Shown here piece after piece: positions 9,001-17,815 of a DNA stretch of 64,000 nt. This DNA is from Candidatus Komeilibacteria bacterium. Lineage in GTDB: Bacteria > Patescibacteriota > Patescibacteriia > UBA1558. A program made the translations under genes and the position numbers. The notes under the pieces are model-generated. The model worked only from the letters and a program-made list of their open reading frames with translations. It had not been told where the DNA came from and ran no database searches. Position 1 is the stretch's first letter, and each line of letters starts with the position of its first letter. Location: NCBI GenBank assembly GCA_048538235.1, contig JBLYPX010000001.1:594136-658135 (forward strand), written 5' to 3'.

Positions 9001-11970
9001 TACATAAGACCATTCGTTTAATGGCAATACTGTATTAGCCGCCACAACCGCGCCACCGCCAATCATAGCTTCCATTGTTCCAGAGGCAGCAGTATCCAAA
9101 TCTCCAGCTAAATAGAAGCCGACCCCACCTGCGCCATTCCTCCTTGTAATAATACCTGATCTATAACTTGTAGTAAAAGCTGTTGGCTTAACCCATGCAG
9201 TTAACGTCATAATATCGTCAATTGCATTTAAACTAGCACTATCATTTATAGTTATAATATCTCCTGATCCATCAAATTGGAAACATCTGCCAATTTTACA
9301 GTTAATACTATCTTTATAAATAGTAGTAACAATTGTGCCATTATTTGCATTGCCTGAAATATCATACGTAGTTGCACCAGATACACTTTCAAATGGTAAA
9401 TTTAATACAACATTGTTTGTTGTACTTTCTGCGGAATTACGAACCCATAACCTTTGCTTAAAAACATTATTTACTTTATTTGTATAACCACAATTAGCCC
9501 AACACTGGTTTAGTCCAGGTGAAGCACCTGAACGCCCATAAGCATCTTGATACCAAGTAGCAGATACGCCAAATTTAGTTTGAGCAGTATTACCACTTGA
9601 CGTATACAATACTTCAGTAGCTGTATCTGAATACCAATTAACATGTGTAGATAAATTAGTTGTTGAATCTGAATCTCCAGATATTGCGCTACTATACACA
9701 ATTAAACCATCAGTACCAGCTGCTTGTGTTTGAACTCCAATTGATTTATTCAAATGTTGATTTGCCGTTCCTGTACAATATGTCATGGCGTGCTTGTTAT
9801 ACATTTTAGAAGGTCCAGTATAATTTGCATACATAAATCTCTTTGTGCCAGTAGAATCGATTAAACAATCATAATCTCCAGTTGCTATAGTATGGGTTTG
9901 GGTAAAAAAACTATCTTCATTAATAGAAAAAGTACCACTATTTAAAACTGTACTATCTGAGACTTGTACAACCTCAGCAATCATTTTAGTGTTTCCAGCA
10001 GTTATATTCATAGCATTACAAAAATTTCCTTGCTTTGATCCATCACCGTAAAGGTTTGTTGATCCCCACTTCTTAGACAATACTTTATTTCTACCAGCAG
10101 CAATTGATGGCCAATTAGTTGAATCATATGTTGCGTTGTCATAACTAAAACATAATGTCCAGCCACCGCCATCAGTTTCCATATCACAATAAGCGTCAAA
10201 AGGATCAACTCCATAACCAGGATCAATTGTATAAATACCAGATTTAGAATTTGGGTTTTGCGCTAACTGATCCATACACGAACTTGGTAATTCTGAACGA
10301 CCAACATTAAAACTGCCAGCATTCATATTATATAGTTGTAAAATTTCATCGGTTGTCAAAGCACGGTCATAAATATAAACCTCATCAATGCTGCCTTTAA
10401 AATACAAATTACTCGAACCAAGCCCAATTCTAGTGTCGACGCTAGTACTATATAAACTTGCTGGCACGCCAGAAGTTTTTTCATAGTCTAATTCACCGTT
10501 TATATATATTCTCATATATTGCGATGGTTTATAGACTGCTAAAACATGGTACCAAGTGTCTGCTGTTGGTGACCAATCCTCTCTATAAGCACCAACTAAA
10601 TTATTGCTAGCATCTGCAACATAAAAAGCAATACCCTTACTTGAAGACCAACTTCTATATGATAACAAAAATTTTCTTTGACCAGCTGTTGTACTATTAT
10701 AATTTCCTATAATAGCAGGGTCAGCATAAGCTAATGGTGATGTCTGATCTAATTTTATCCAAGTAGAGATAGAAAACTCATCTGTAATATTTAGAGATGC
10801 ATCATTGCCAACATTTACATAATTACCAACACCATCAAAACTCAAGGCGCGACCACTGGCCCCATTTTGTATCCAAGAAGCACCAGTTATAGTACCATCA
10901 TTACCATACCCCGTACTATCATAAGCGGTTGTGCCAAAACCTTCATCAAAATTCCAATAACCAACTGGACCTGGTGAATTTTCTTCTGAAACTGGGGAAC
11001 CAACACCTGGAGTGCTAGTACTAAATTTTCTAATTAATATATAATCATATGTTGCTGTCAAACCACTAGAATCTGTATCTGTAAACAATGCTATTGGACC
11101 ATCATAATTAGCATCAATTGTAGTAGATATTTGCTCTCCAAACGCACTAGCATAAACCGTTGTTCCATTGCGCCACATTTCAGAAATATACCAGGTAGAG
11201 GCAGATACAAGACCTGTAAATGAAGCTGGCTCTGTTGCCCATGAAGGATAAATAATTCCACAATTACCACCGCCTGAAGAAGAATCCAAAACATGAATGA
11301 CACCACTATTACCACCATCAAAATCAAAATAAAACCCTGAATCAAAATCTCCATTAGTATCTTCTTTCATCTTGGTTCTCACAATCAAACCATCATTTGA
11401 AAAACTTTGATTAGATATAAGAGGTTCATAATCTGAACCGGTTATAGATATTTCACTACTTCCGTAGGTGTAACCACTGCCGCTATACGTCCACTTAACT
11501 GTATCTAATGAATCAAAATCATCAAAAAACTCAAATGTTTCATCTCCATTTTGTTCATCACTGGCAGACGAATTACCATAATACATATAGATAGTAGTAC
11601 CAGTTGTTGGAATAGAAGGTATTTTAATCCAAGCATTTACTGAAGATATAGTACTATCTTCTATCCAGTATGGTAATACTCTATGGTTTATGTCTGTAAA
11701 GCGTAAATCCGCTAAATTTGCTTGTAATTTAGAAGGAGATAAAGAGCTTAAATCTACATTTTGTAGTATTTCTACTTGAAAGTCTGTAAGTTCTGAACCT
11801 GAGCCATTTGTTACTGTTATTGATTGTCTGTAGGACCATGTATCGTTCCACCAAGTAGCTTCTACTGTTTTTGGTTTATTAAATATATATATTATTCCTA
11901 TAACTATAATAATAGCTATTAATACTATACTAGATAAATAATATATTTTATTTTTTAAATACTTTTTCAT
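6049..11970 (-). CDS. giant secreted surface protein (1973 aa): signal peptide, DUF2341-like domain, LamG_3/ConA-like lectin repeats and two fibrinogen-related-domain-like modules
   Basis: N-terminus MKKYLKNKIYYLSSIVLIAIIIVIGIIYIFNKPKTVEA|TWWNDTWSYRQSITVTN...TTIYMYYGN (AXA-type cleavage site VEA; DUF2341 consensus). LamG_3 units (PVGYWNFDEGFGTTAYDSTGYGNDGT...IDEVYIYDRALTTDEILQLYN). FReD-like SSCMDQLAQNPNSKSGIYTIDPGYGVDPFDAYCDMETDGGGWTL (10140-10295) and TPGASCADILAKNSQAGDGVYWIDTTGGSIDDAFEVYCDMTTDGGGWTL (7960-8115). C-terminus DDIRVYNYVLSDKQIKEVYNQGLIHFK is shared with the next two genes. Confidence 0.92.
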   Translation of the reverse strand: MKKYLKNKIYYLSSIVLIAIIIVIGIIYIFNKPKTVEATWWNDTWSYRQSITVTNGSGSELTDFQVEILQNVDLSSLSPSKLQANLADLRFTDINHRVLPYWIEDSTISSVNAWIKIPSIPTTGTTIYMYYGNSSASDEQNGDETFEFFDDFDSLDTVKWTYSGSGYTYGSSEISITGSDYEPLISNQSFSNDGLIVRTKMKEDTNGDFDSGFYFDFDGGNSGVIHVLDSSSGGGNCGIIYPSWATEPASFTGLVSASTWYISEMWRNGTTVYASAFGEQISTTIDANYDGPIALFTDTDSSGLTATYDYILIRKFSTSTPGVGSPVSEENSPGPVGYWNFDEGFGTTAYDSTGYGNDGTITGASWIQNGASGRALSFDGVGNYVNVGNDASLNITDEFSISTWIKLDQTSPLAYADPAIIGNYNSTTAGQRKFLLSYRSWSSSKGIAFYVADASNNLVGAYREDWSPTADTWYHVLAVYKPSQYMRIYINGELDYEKTSGVPASLYSTSVDTRIGLGSSNLYFKGSIDEVYIYDRALTTDEILQLYNMNAGSFNVGRSELPSSCMDQLAQNPNSKSGIYTIDPGYGVDPFDAYCDMETDGGGWTLCFSYDNATYDSTNWPSIAAGRNKVLSKKWGSTNLYGDGSKQGNFCNAMNITAGNTKMIAEVVQVSDSTVLNSGTFSINEDSFFTQTHTIATGDYDCLIDSTGTKRFMYANYTGPSKMYNKHAMTYCTGTANQHLNKSIGVQTQAAGTDGLIVYSSAISGDSDSTTNLSTHVNWYSDTATEVLYTSSGNTAQTKFGVSATWYQDAYGRSGASPGLNQCWANCGYTNKVNNVFKQRLWVRNSAESTTNNVVLNLPFESVSGATTYDISGNANNGTIVTTIYKDSINCKIGRCFQFDGSGDIITINDSASLNAIDDIMTLTAWVKPTAFTTSYRSGIITRRNGAGGVGFYLAGDLDTAASGTMEAMIGGGAVVAANTVLPLNEWSYVSMVTNGDSISFYLNGIYDGGGTLTNWTWDDGITVQVGGVTGTAQYTIYGYIDEPKIFDRALTQREISMEMSNGKTNPFINWSFDEGGGTTTYDKSYPAYNGTLSTPTWKPMAECVNSFCLDFNGTSDAVYYDFGAISGAPEMSMTYWVKREADQSGSHKIVAVSEAFNTQTLNDYPLVYYSDGATWYDFSDTTVLEKDRWYHLGWVFDNGTWYLYKDGILAKSEAASSSVLTSYSNFSGKFTVGGRYSSSPAWTEFFNGKIDEVKAYYYALTADEVHQDFIQSKGQFGRTNSAGEKTTPGASCADILAKNSQAGDGVYWIDTTGGSIDDAFEVYCDMTTDGGGWTLVSHIYDKDNRNDILDNSNGVGWGTVSGPDYDGSFNIQNNLITSWTESKWEWKYPLYGDGYEYDTGSSAGGLSALISDRFKWASDTYFHKYNDLGITDEDLYVTGTVGYKYDPWPSSTNNKLAYYTGTSCGGGITNGLALHYWGYGNLIVFGTGTTNELHNLQPGYNRAPTGQGCGTRESILNIWVRDTGSSISTAPVLDMDFDQYSGGVYLDRSGNGYNGTPSGSPEWKGAEACHEGRCLNFDGSNDYVNLPSSLDPYSNGTSGGDVSFSGWVYLDSSVSGALPFIIGQDVTWEIGVFKNNGGNPDGFRGYTGNGTVWNPIIDFGTTATYDDWQHIAWVLDGGTSYFYKNGRLVNQQSYASPSGTSAGFLRIGLRDDGAWDEWKGKLDSIKMYNRPITQAEVMMDYNGGKPIGWWRFDEGADNLCSDGKDVCDSSGEGYNGTESGDITWVTDTSLCKQSGCASFDGNDWINIGDQSLYDFDTDKDFSLAAWFKSTGGDDRDTIINKGTHWWWDGTSKRGWGMGLDSSDRIEATIDDGTTMVYVYSINDYDDNQWHHASATFDRDGYMKLYIDGAYQGQADISSLGTVSNGDSLVISSYLLGDQRFWHGLLDDIRVYNYVLSDKQIKEVYNQGLIHFK
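10140..10295 (-). other. fibrinogen-related-domain (FReD)-like module core in ORF 6049-11970 (copy 1); further cores at 7960-8115, 15900-16060, 13780-13945, 19540-19700
   Basis: Hand-verified translations: SSCMDQLAQNPNSKSGIYTIDPGYGVDPFDAYCDMETDGGGWTL and four paralogous segments. The pattern C..L.......SG.Y.I.P.......F.VYCDM.TDGGGWT matches the N-terminal half of fibrinogen C-terminal globular domains (fibrinogen beta/gamma, ficolins, angiopoietins). Confidence 0.6.
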
Positions 11971-12060
11971 TATTATTTAAAGTGTATTAATCCTTGATTA
12001 TATACTTCTTTTACTTGCTTATCTGTAAGGGCGTAGTTGTAGATACGGATGTCGTCCAGT
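11575..12060. repeat. ~485-bp direct repeat spanning a gene junction (3' end of ORF 11973-17723 + 5' 395 nt of ORF 6049-11970)
   Basis: About 99% identical to 17328-17815 (only 3 mismatches noticed in the first 400 nt). Repeat spacing is 5753 bp. Confidence 0.85.
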
Positions 12061-15000
12061 TTGCCGTTTAAATACCTATTACCTCCTCCATCATCTCCTA
12101 TAGTTAATGCACTAGTCGATGAAACACTACCAGATGTTGAACTAGTGCCTTCAAGCACTCCATCTATATATATCTTTATTGTATTACCTTCCCTAACACC
12201 AGTAACGTGGTGCCAAGCACTATTTATTGTTGAAGTAGATGCAACATTATAACCATCATCATTAACAACAAAATACGCTTTATTTGTTGCTTGGGTATAC
12301 AGACCATAAAACGAAGTTGGGGGGCCAGTTAAAACTGCTTTACTTAAAAATGCATTCCACCCACTACCATTGTTTATATATCCGTCATAGTAAACCCAAG
12401 TTGCTACAGAAAAATCCTCGCTACCAAAATCTAAAATACCAGAAGACGGATCTGTAATTGTTAATTTATCTCCCGTACCATCAAAATCCATACACCAGCC
12501 CTGCTTACACGAAGAGGTATCTGTAATCCAAGTAGGATCACCGCTAATTGTTCCATTATTTCCCTCTTCTGTATTATCGCAAGCATCTTTACCATCTGAA
12601 CATAAATTATCTACTCCCTCATCTAATCTCCACCAACCAACCGGTTTACCACCATTATATAATTGGGCAACCTCCGCCCTTGTTAAAGCTCTATTATATA
12701 CTTTCATTTCATCTACCACGCCCCTAAAACCATAATCGTTATCACTAATAAAAAAGTTAGTCCAGGCAGCTTGTCCTACAGAAGACGAGGTTGTGCCAGC
12801 ACTAATAACAGTATTATCTATACGTAAAACTGTATTAGTAATATCTGATTGCGCGCTACCAGGAATATATAACTCAAGAAAATGCCAACTACCGTCCATA
12901 TAAGCAGAGCTGTTAGCCCAATACCTATAATTTTCACCGGCCAAATATAACAATGGCCACTCTTGCTGATAGTCAAAATAAAATCCACCTTGAGCATCAC
13001 CATTTCTAAAATTAAACAAAGCTTGCTTATCTGAATAACTAGAATTAAACCAGGCAACTACTGTAGTGGTTCCATTATCTATAGAGCCTCCCCAATTTAT
13101 ATAATCATTACTATCAAACTCTACACAACGTCCAGATTTGCAGTTTACAGTAGATTTCCATTGTGGATCACCGTTAGGCGTTCCGGTTATATTATTACCA
13201 CTTCTTTCCAAATATACTCCTCCTACATATTGATCTAAATCTAAATCAAGGAGAGGAGCTGTGTTGTTTGGAGTAACAGAAGAATTCCTTCCAAATAAAT
13301 ATCCAAAATTATTATCTGTACTAGTGCCAGTATCTGCATTCCCATTCCATGACAACTTAGATCCAGACTTATAAATTCTTCGAGGAATATTTCCAGTAGT
13401 AGCAGAGTAAGCTCCACAAGCAGATGCTTCTCCTAACCACAGCTCAAATCCATTAGTAGCATCTCCATATCTCCACGATGAGCACCAAGTGTTTACATAC
13501 ACATTCGTTGCACCAGTTTTCGCGTTTGGCGGCCAAGATTGTCCAGATAAAGTTATTTGTATTTGAGCACCCGGATCTTTATCCATAATATTAGCTGTAT
13601 TTAATTTACCAGTCCAGAATTCATTAAAAGTATAATCACTAGCCATAACTTTTTGCATATACATATAGTTACTACCTGTTCCACTAGTAATTAGATTTGT
13701 TGTATTAGCACCATTAGTTGATATATCTCCATACGTAGTATAAGGGAGCCAAGTAGAATTAACATATGCAAACTCCAAACCAAGCAATGTCCAGCCACCA
13801 CCATCATGTTCCATATCACAATAAACCTCCAAACTATCAGATAATGATCCTCCACTTGGATCAACCCAATATCTGCCGCTGGCAGCTTTTGGATTTTTAT
13901 GAAGAATATCCATACAACTAGCACCAGGTGTTGTTTTATCACCCACTGAATTAGTTCTCCCAAACTGTCCAGCAGATTGTATATATTCTTGCTTAATTTC
14001 ATCAGCTGTTAAAGCATATGGATAAACTTTTAACTCATCAATACTACCATCCCAAAACCTATCTGTACTTAAACCCTGAACATTACCAATTAAAAAACCA
14101 CTCGCTAAATTATCATAACCCAAAGCTCCTGATGTATTTGTTCCAGTGTTTTTTAACTCTCCATTAACATAAATCTTCTGAGTAGAGCCGTCATATGTTC
14201 CAAAAACATGCTGCCATTCTCCAATAGCTGGCATGACTTCACTAGATAATTGTTGATATCCACCCGCACTATTACCTACACTAAAAGCCCAGTCTGAACC
14301 AGTAATCCCTAGCCAATAGCCATCATCACTTGTATTTCCATAACCAGCAATAAATTGGGTTGATTTTATTGTGTTTATCTTAGCCCATGCACCAATCGAA
14401 ACATAATTAGGACGAAGGGTGGATACTGCACCGACAACAGCGTAATCCCCATTTGGAGCTGCCGCTCCATCAAAAGTCATACAACTACCGCTCATACAGT
14501 TTTCAGGCGTATTCCATGTTGGACAATTAGCTGCGCCAGGACAAGAACCATACAAATTTGCGTCATTACTAAACCCAGATTTATCATAAGCGATATCTCC
14601 ACCACCTTCATCAAAGCCAATATCTAAAACTGGCTGATGTTTGCCACCATTCATTTCCATCATTATTTCACGTTGAGTAAGTGCACGCTCAAAAACTTTA
14701 ACCTCATCTATGTTGCCGTGCCACCAATAACTTCCTCCCGTAGGATTATACGCACCTATTGCTAAGTTTTGATTAAAAGTATATGACGAATATGTCTTAC
14801 TAAATCTGTAAATACCATCAATATATAAATTTGCATAAGAGCCATCAAAAACAATGGCCATGTGATGCCAATTTGTATCAGCGGCTACTTGGACAGATGG
14901 ACTCGTCCAGGCACCTGTATATATACCCATATCCCAATAACCATCAACGTGTCCAAAATAAGCTCTTTTGTTATCAGTTGAAGTGCCTTGAGCCATATAC

Positions 15001-17723
15001 ATTCTACTTTCAGATGGAAAATTTGACTTCACCCAAGCCATATACGTACTCAAAGTTGTTGTAGGGTTCAAACCGTTGCCATAAGTCACACTCATATAAT
15101 CATTACCATCGAAAGCATAGCACCTACCAACTTTACAATTTGCAGATGATTTTGGCGTAGCACCAGTTACTGCAGCATTTTTTGTATTTCCCGAAACATC
15201 ATAAGTAGTTGAACCAGATACATTTTCAAAAGGAAGATCTAAAGCAATGCCAGATTTTGTTGATAAATTACCTTCTCGAGTCCACATTTGTATCCAAAAC
15301 TTTCTGTCACCAGCACCTGTAGACTCCCAACCCCATGCACCCTCACCATTAGTCGATAGTGGCTGGCAGGCAGGACTAAACCACTGAGTATCATCCTCTT
15401 CAATGGCTCCACCAGAATCTAAAATAGGAATGCCAAAATGTTCTGTATTATCGTTAGAAAATGTATACATCATATAGTCACCGCAACCAGAAGTAGATGG
15501 GTTAGAATTATAAGGTAAAAAAGATATATAATTATCATCATCACCGCCACAACCATTGTTCCACTCCCAAATATCGCAAGGACCCTTACCACGACCTGGC
15601 ACAGCCGTGCCAGTTGTTGGATTAATTCCAGTCGTAAGTGGTCCATAACTAGGGTTTTGAATATATAAATCACGCCAATTCGTATAACCTGAAAAAATTC
15701 CATTAAAATAGCTTGCATAAGCATCTGAAACATCAAACAAAGCATAACTATTCCTCTGTACCACAAGCATAAGATCGTCCGCTGGAACATCAATATATGC
15801 TTGTGAAAAATAGTCCTCTCCAATAGTTGCCTGACTAATATCCTTAAATTGAGCAGGTGGGTTATTAAAAGTTGTACGCAAAGCAATATTGGTAGCGTCT
15901 GTATTTGTAGCGACATGTACAAGTGTCCAACCACCACCATCTGTTTCCATATCACAATAAACATCAAATGGATCAACGCCTGGGCCAGGGTCAATTGTAT
16001 ATACTCCAGAAGATGAAGCTGGATTCTGAGATAGCTGATCAAGACAAGATGTTGGCAATGTTGAACGACCAGTAGAAAAACTACCCGCATTCATATTGTA
16101 GAGCTGCAATATCTCATTCGTACTGAGAGCTCTATCATAAACATACACCTCATCAATAAGACTGTTTGCATAATGACTTGCGCCAGTATATGCACCAATA
16201 TATGCATTGTATGTACTAGTATCAACACTTGCGAATCCATATGCCTTTGGCGAACCATATGCTCTTCCATCAACATACATAACACCCGTACCATTATCGA
16301 AAGTAAAAGCTAAATGATACCACTGATTAGCATTTGGAGACCAATTTTCATATAAGGAAGCCCTAGTTGAACCGTTACCAAGTTCTACCATCAAATTTGA
16401 TGGTTCAGAACCCGTTCTATTATCAAAGGCCAACCAATATAATAAATTTGCAGATTCACTGCCTTTCTCAATAACGGTATTAATGCGACTATCCAAAGTG
16501 TGGTATTTTACCCAAGCAGATAATGTAAATTCTGAAGTTAAAGCCAGACTAGTATCATTTCCTAAATTAACATTAGAATTGCCGGGAAAATCTAACGCTC
16601 TGCCCTTAACACCATTTTGAACCCAAGCAGCACTTCCTCCTAAAGTTCCATCATTACCATAACCAGTACTATCATATGCAGTTGTTCCAAAACCTTCATT
16701 AAAATTCCAATAACCAACTGGGCCTGGTGAATTTTCTTCAGTGCTGGGTGCTCCTATCACAGGTGCAGTAGAAGCGAATTTTCTAATCAATATATAATCA
16801 TAAGATGCTGTATAGCTCGGATTGTCAGTATCTGTAAAAAGAGCAATCGGCCCAGTATAATTAGCATCGATTGTAGAAGATATTTGCTCGCCAAAAGCAC
16901 TGGCATATACCGTAGTTCCATTTCGCCACATTTCTGTTATTTCCCATGTATCAATACCTATTAATCCTGTATACGATGCTGGTTCAGTAGCCCAACTTGG
17001 ATAAATAATTCCACAATTTCCACCCCCCGCAGAAGAGTCAAGAACATGAATAATTCCTGTATTACTTGCATCATAATCTAAATAATAACCTGAATCAAAA
17101 TCCCCACTTGAATTCTGTTTAATCTTTGCTCTAACTATTAAACCATCATTAGAAAATGTCTGAGCAGATATAAGTGGCTCATAATCAGAACCTGTTATTG
17201 TGATGAGTCCACTGGCAAATGAATAACCAGAGCCGCTATATATCCACTTGCCCGTATCTACACCATCAAAATCATCAAAGAACTCAAAAGTGTGATCACC
17301 GCTTTGATCGTCTGTTGCATTCGCATTCCCATAATACATATAGATAGTAGTACCAGTTGTTGGAATAGAAGGTATTTTAATCCAAGCATTTACTGAAGAT
17401 ATAGTACTATCTTCTATCCAGTATGGTAAAACTCTATGATTTATGTCTGTAAAGCGTAAATCTGCTAAATTTGCTTGTAATTTAGAAGGAGATAAAGAGC
17501 TTAAATCTACATTTTGTAGTATTTCTACTTGAAAGTCTGTAAGTTCTGAACCTGAGCCATTTGTTACTGTTATTGATTGTCTGTAGGACCATGTATCGTT
17601 CCACCAAGTAGCTTCTACTGTTTTTGGTTTATTAAATATATATATTATTCCTATAACTATAATAATAGCTATTAATACTATACTAGATAAATAATATATT
17701 TTATTTTTTAAATACTTTTTCAT
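11973..17723 (-). CDS. giant secreted surface protein (1916 aa), paralogue of 6049-11970: signal peptide, DUF2341-like, LamG_3 repeats, two fibrinogen-related-domain-like modules
   Basis: The first ~130 aa are identical to ORF 6049-11970 (about 99% DNA identity). FReD-like TSCLDQLSQNPASSSGVYTIDPGPGVDPFDVYCDMETDGGGWTL (15900-16060) and TPGASCMDILHKNPKAASGRYWVDPSGGSLSDSLEVYCDMEHDGGGWTL (13780-13945). C-terminal LamG ends ...DDIRIYNYALTDKQVKEVYNQGLIHFK. Its start codon is 2 nt after the stop of the upstream gene. Confidence 0.92.
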   Translation of the reverse strand: MKKYLKNKIYYLSSIVLIAIIIVIGIIYIFNKPKTVEATWWNDTWSYRQSITVTNGSGSELTDFQVEILQNVDLSSLSPSKLQANLADLRFTDINHRVLPYWIEDSTISSVNAWIKIPSIPTTGTTIYMYYGNANATDDQSGDHTFEFFDDFDGVDTGKWIYSGSGYSFASGLITITGSDYEPLISAQTFSNDGLIVRAKIKQNSSGDFDSGYYLDYDASNTGIIHVLDSSAGGGNCGIIYPSWATEPASYTGLIGIDTWEITEMWRNGTTVYASAFGEQISSTIDANYTGPIALFTDTDNPSYTASYDYILIRKFASTAPVIGAPSTEENSPGPVGYWNFNEGFGTTAYDSTGYGNDGTLGGSAAWVQNGVKGRALDFPGNSNVNLGNDTSLALTSEFTLSAWVKYHTLDSRINTVIEKGSESANLLYWLAFDNRTGSEPSNLMVELGNGSTRASLYENWSPNANQWYHLAFTFDNGTGVMYVDGRAYGSPKAYGFASVDTSTYNAYIGAYTGASHYANSLIDEVYVYDRALSTNEILQLYNMNAGSFSTGRSTLPTSCLDQLSQNPASSSGVYTIDPGPGVDPFDVYCDMETDGGGWTLVHVATNTDATNIALRTTFNNPPAQFKDISQATIGEDYFSQAYIDVPADDLMLVVQRNSYALFDVSDAYASYFNGIFSGYTNWRDLYIQNPSYGPLTTGINPTTGTAVPGRGKGPCDIWEWNNGCGGDDDNYISFLPYNSNPSTSGCGDYMMYTFSNDNTEHFGIPILDSGGAIEEDDTQWFSPACQPLSTNGEGAWGWESTGAGDRKFWIQMWTREGNLSTKSGIALDLPFENVSGSTTYDVSGNTKNAAVTGATPKSSANCKVGRCYAFDGNDYMSVTYGNGLNPTTTLSTYMAWVKSNFPSESRMYMAQGTSTDNKRAYFGHVDGYWDMGIYTGAWTSPSVQVAADTNWHHMAIVFDGSYANLYIDGIYRFSKTYSSYTFNQNLAIGAYNPTGGSYWWHGNIDEVKVFERALTQREIMMEMNGGKHQPVLDIGFDEGGGDIAYDKSGFSNDANLYGSCPGAANCPTWNTPENCMSGSCMTFDGAAAPNGDYAVVGAVSTLRPNYVSIGAWAKINTIKSTQFIAGYGNTSDDGYWLGITGSDWAFSVGNSAGGYQQLSSEVMPAIGEWQHVFGTYDGSTQKIYVNGELKNTGTNTSGALGYDNLASGFLIGNVQGLSTDRFWDGSIDELKVYPYALTADEIKQEYIQSAGQFGRTNSVGDKTTPGASCMDILHKNPKAASGRYWVDPSGGSLSDSLEVYCDMEHDGGGWTLLGLEFAYVNSTWLPYTTYGDISTNGANTTNLITSGTGSNYMYMQKVMASDYTFNEFWTGKLNTANIMDKDPGAQIQITLSGQSWPPNAKTGATNVYVNTWCSSWRYGDATNGFELWLGEASACGAYSATTGNIPRRIYKSGSKLSWNGNADTGTSTDNNFGYLFGRNSSVTPNNTAPLLDLDLDQYVGGVYLERSGNNITGTPNGDPQWKSTVNCKSGRCVEFDSNDYINWGGSIDNGTTTVVAWFNSSYSDKQALFNFRNGDAQGGFYFDYQQEWPLLYLAGENYRYWANSSAYMDGSWHFLELYIPGSAQSDITNTVLRIDNTVISAGTTSSSVGQAAWTNFFISDNDYGFRGVVDEMKVYNRALTRAEVAQLYNGGKPVGWWRLDEGVDNLCSDGKDACDNTEEGNNGTISGDPTWITDTSSCKQGWCMDFDGTGDKLTITDPSSGILDFGSEDFSVATWVYYDGYINNGSGWNAFLSKAVLTGPPTSFYGLYTQATNKAYFVVNDDGYNVASTSTINSAWHHVTGVREGNTIKIYIDGVLEGTSSTSGSVSSTSALTIGDDGGGNRYLNGKLDDIRIYNYALTDKQVKEVYNQGLIHFK

Positions 17724-17815
17724 TATTATTTAAAGTGTATTAATCCTTGATTATATACTTCTTTTACTTGCTTATCTGTAAGGGCGTAGTTGTAGATACG
17801 GATGTCGTCCATTAA
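17328..17815. repeat. second copy of the junction direct repeat (3' end of ORF 17726-23890 + 5' end of ORF 11973-17723)
   Basis: See 11575-12060. A third partial copy is at 23480-23770. Confidence 0.85.

Noticed and set aside
15470-16294. Minus-strand ORFs of 206 and 67 aa inside ORF 11973-17723
   Set aside because: They are alternative-frame ORFs inside a well-supported 1916-aa gene. Their Leu/Ile/Val/Met-rich low-complexity translations are typical of an off-frame reading of AT-rich DNA.
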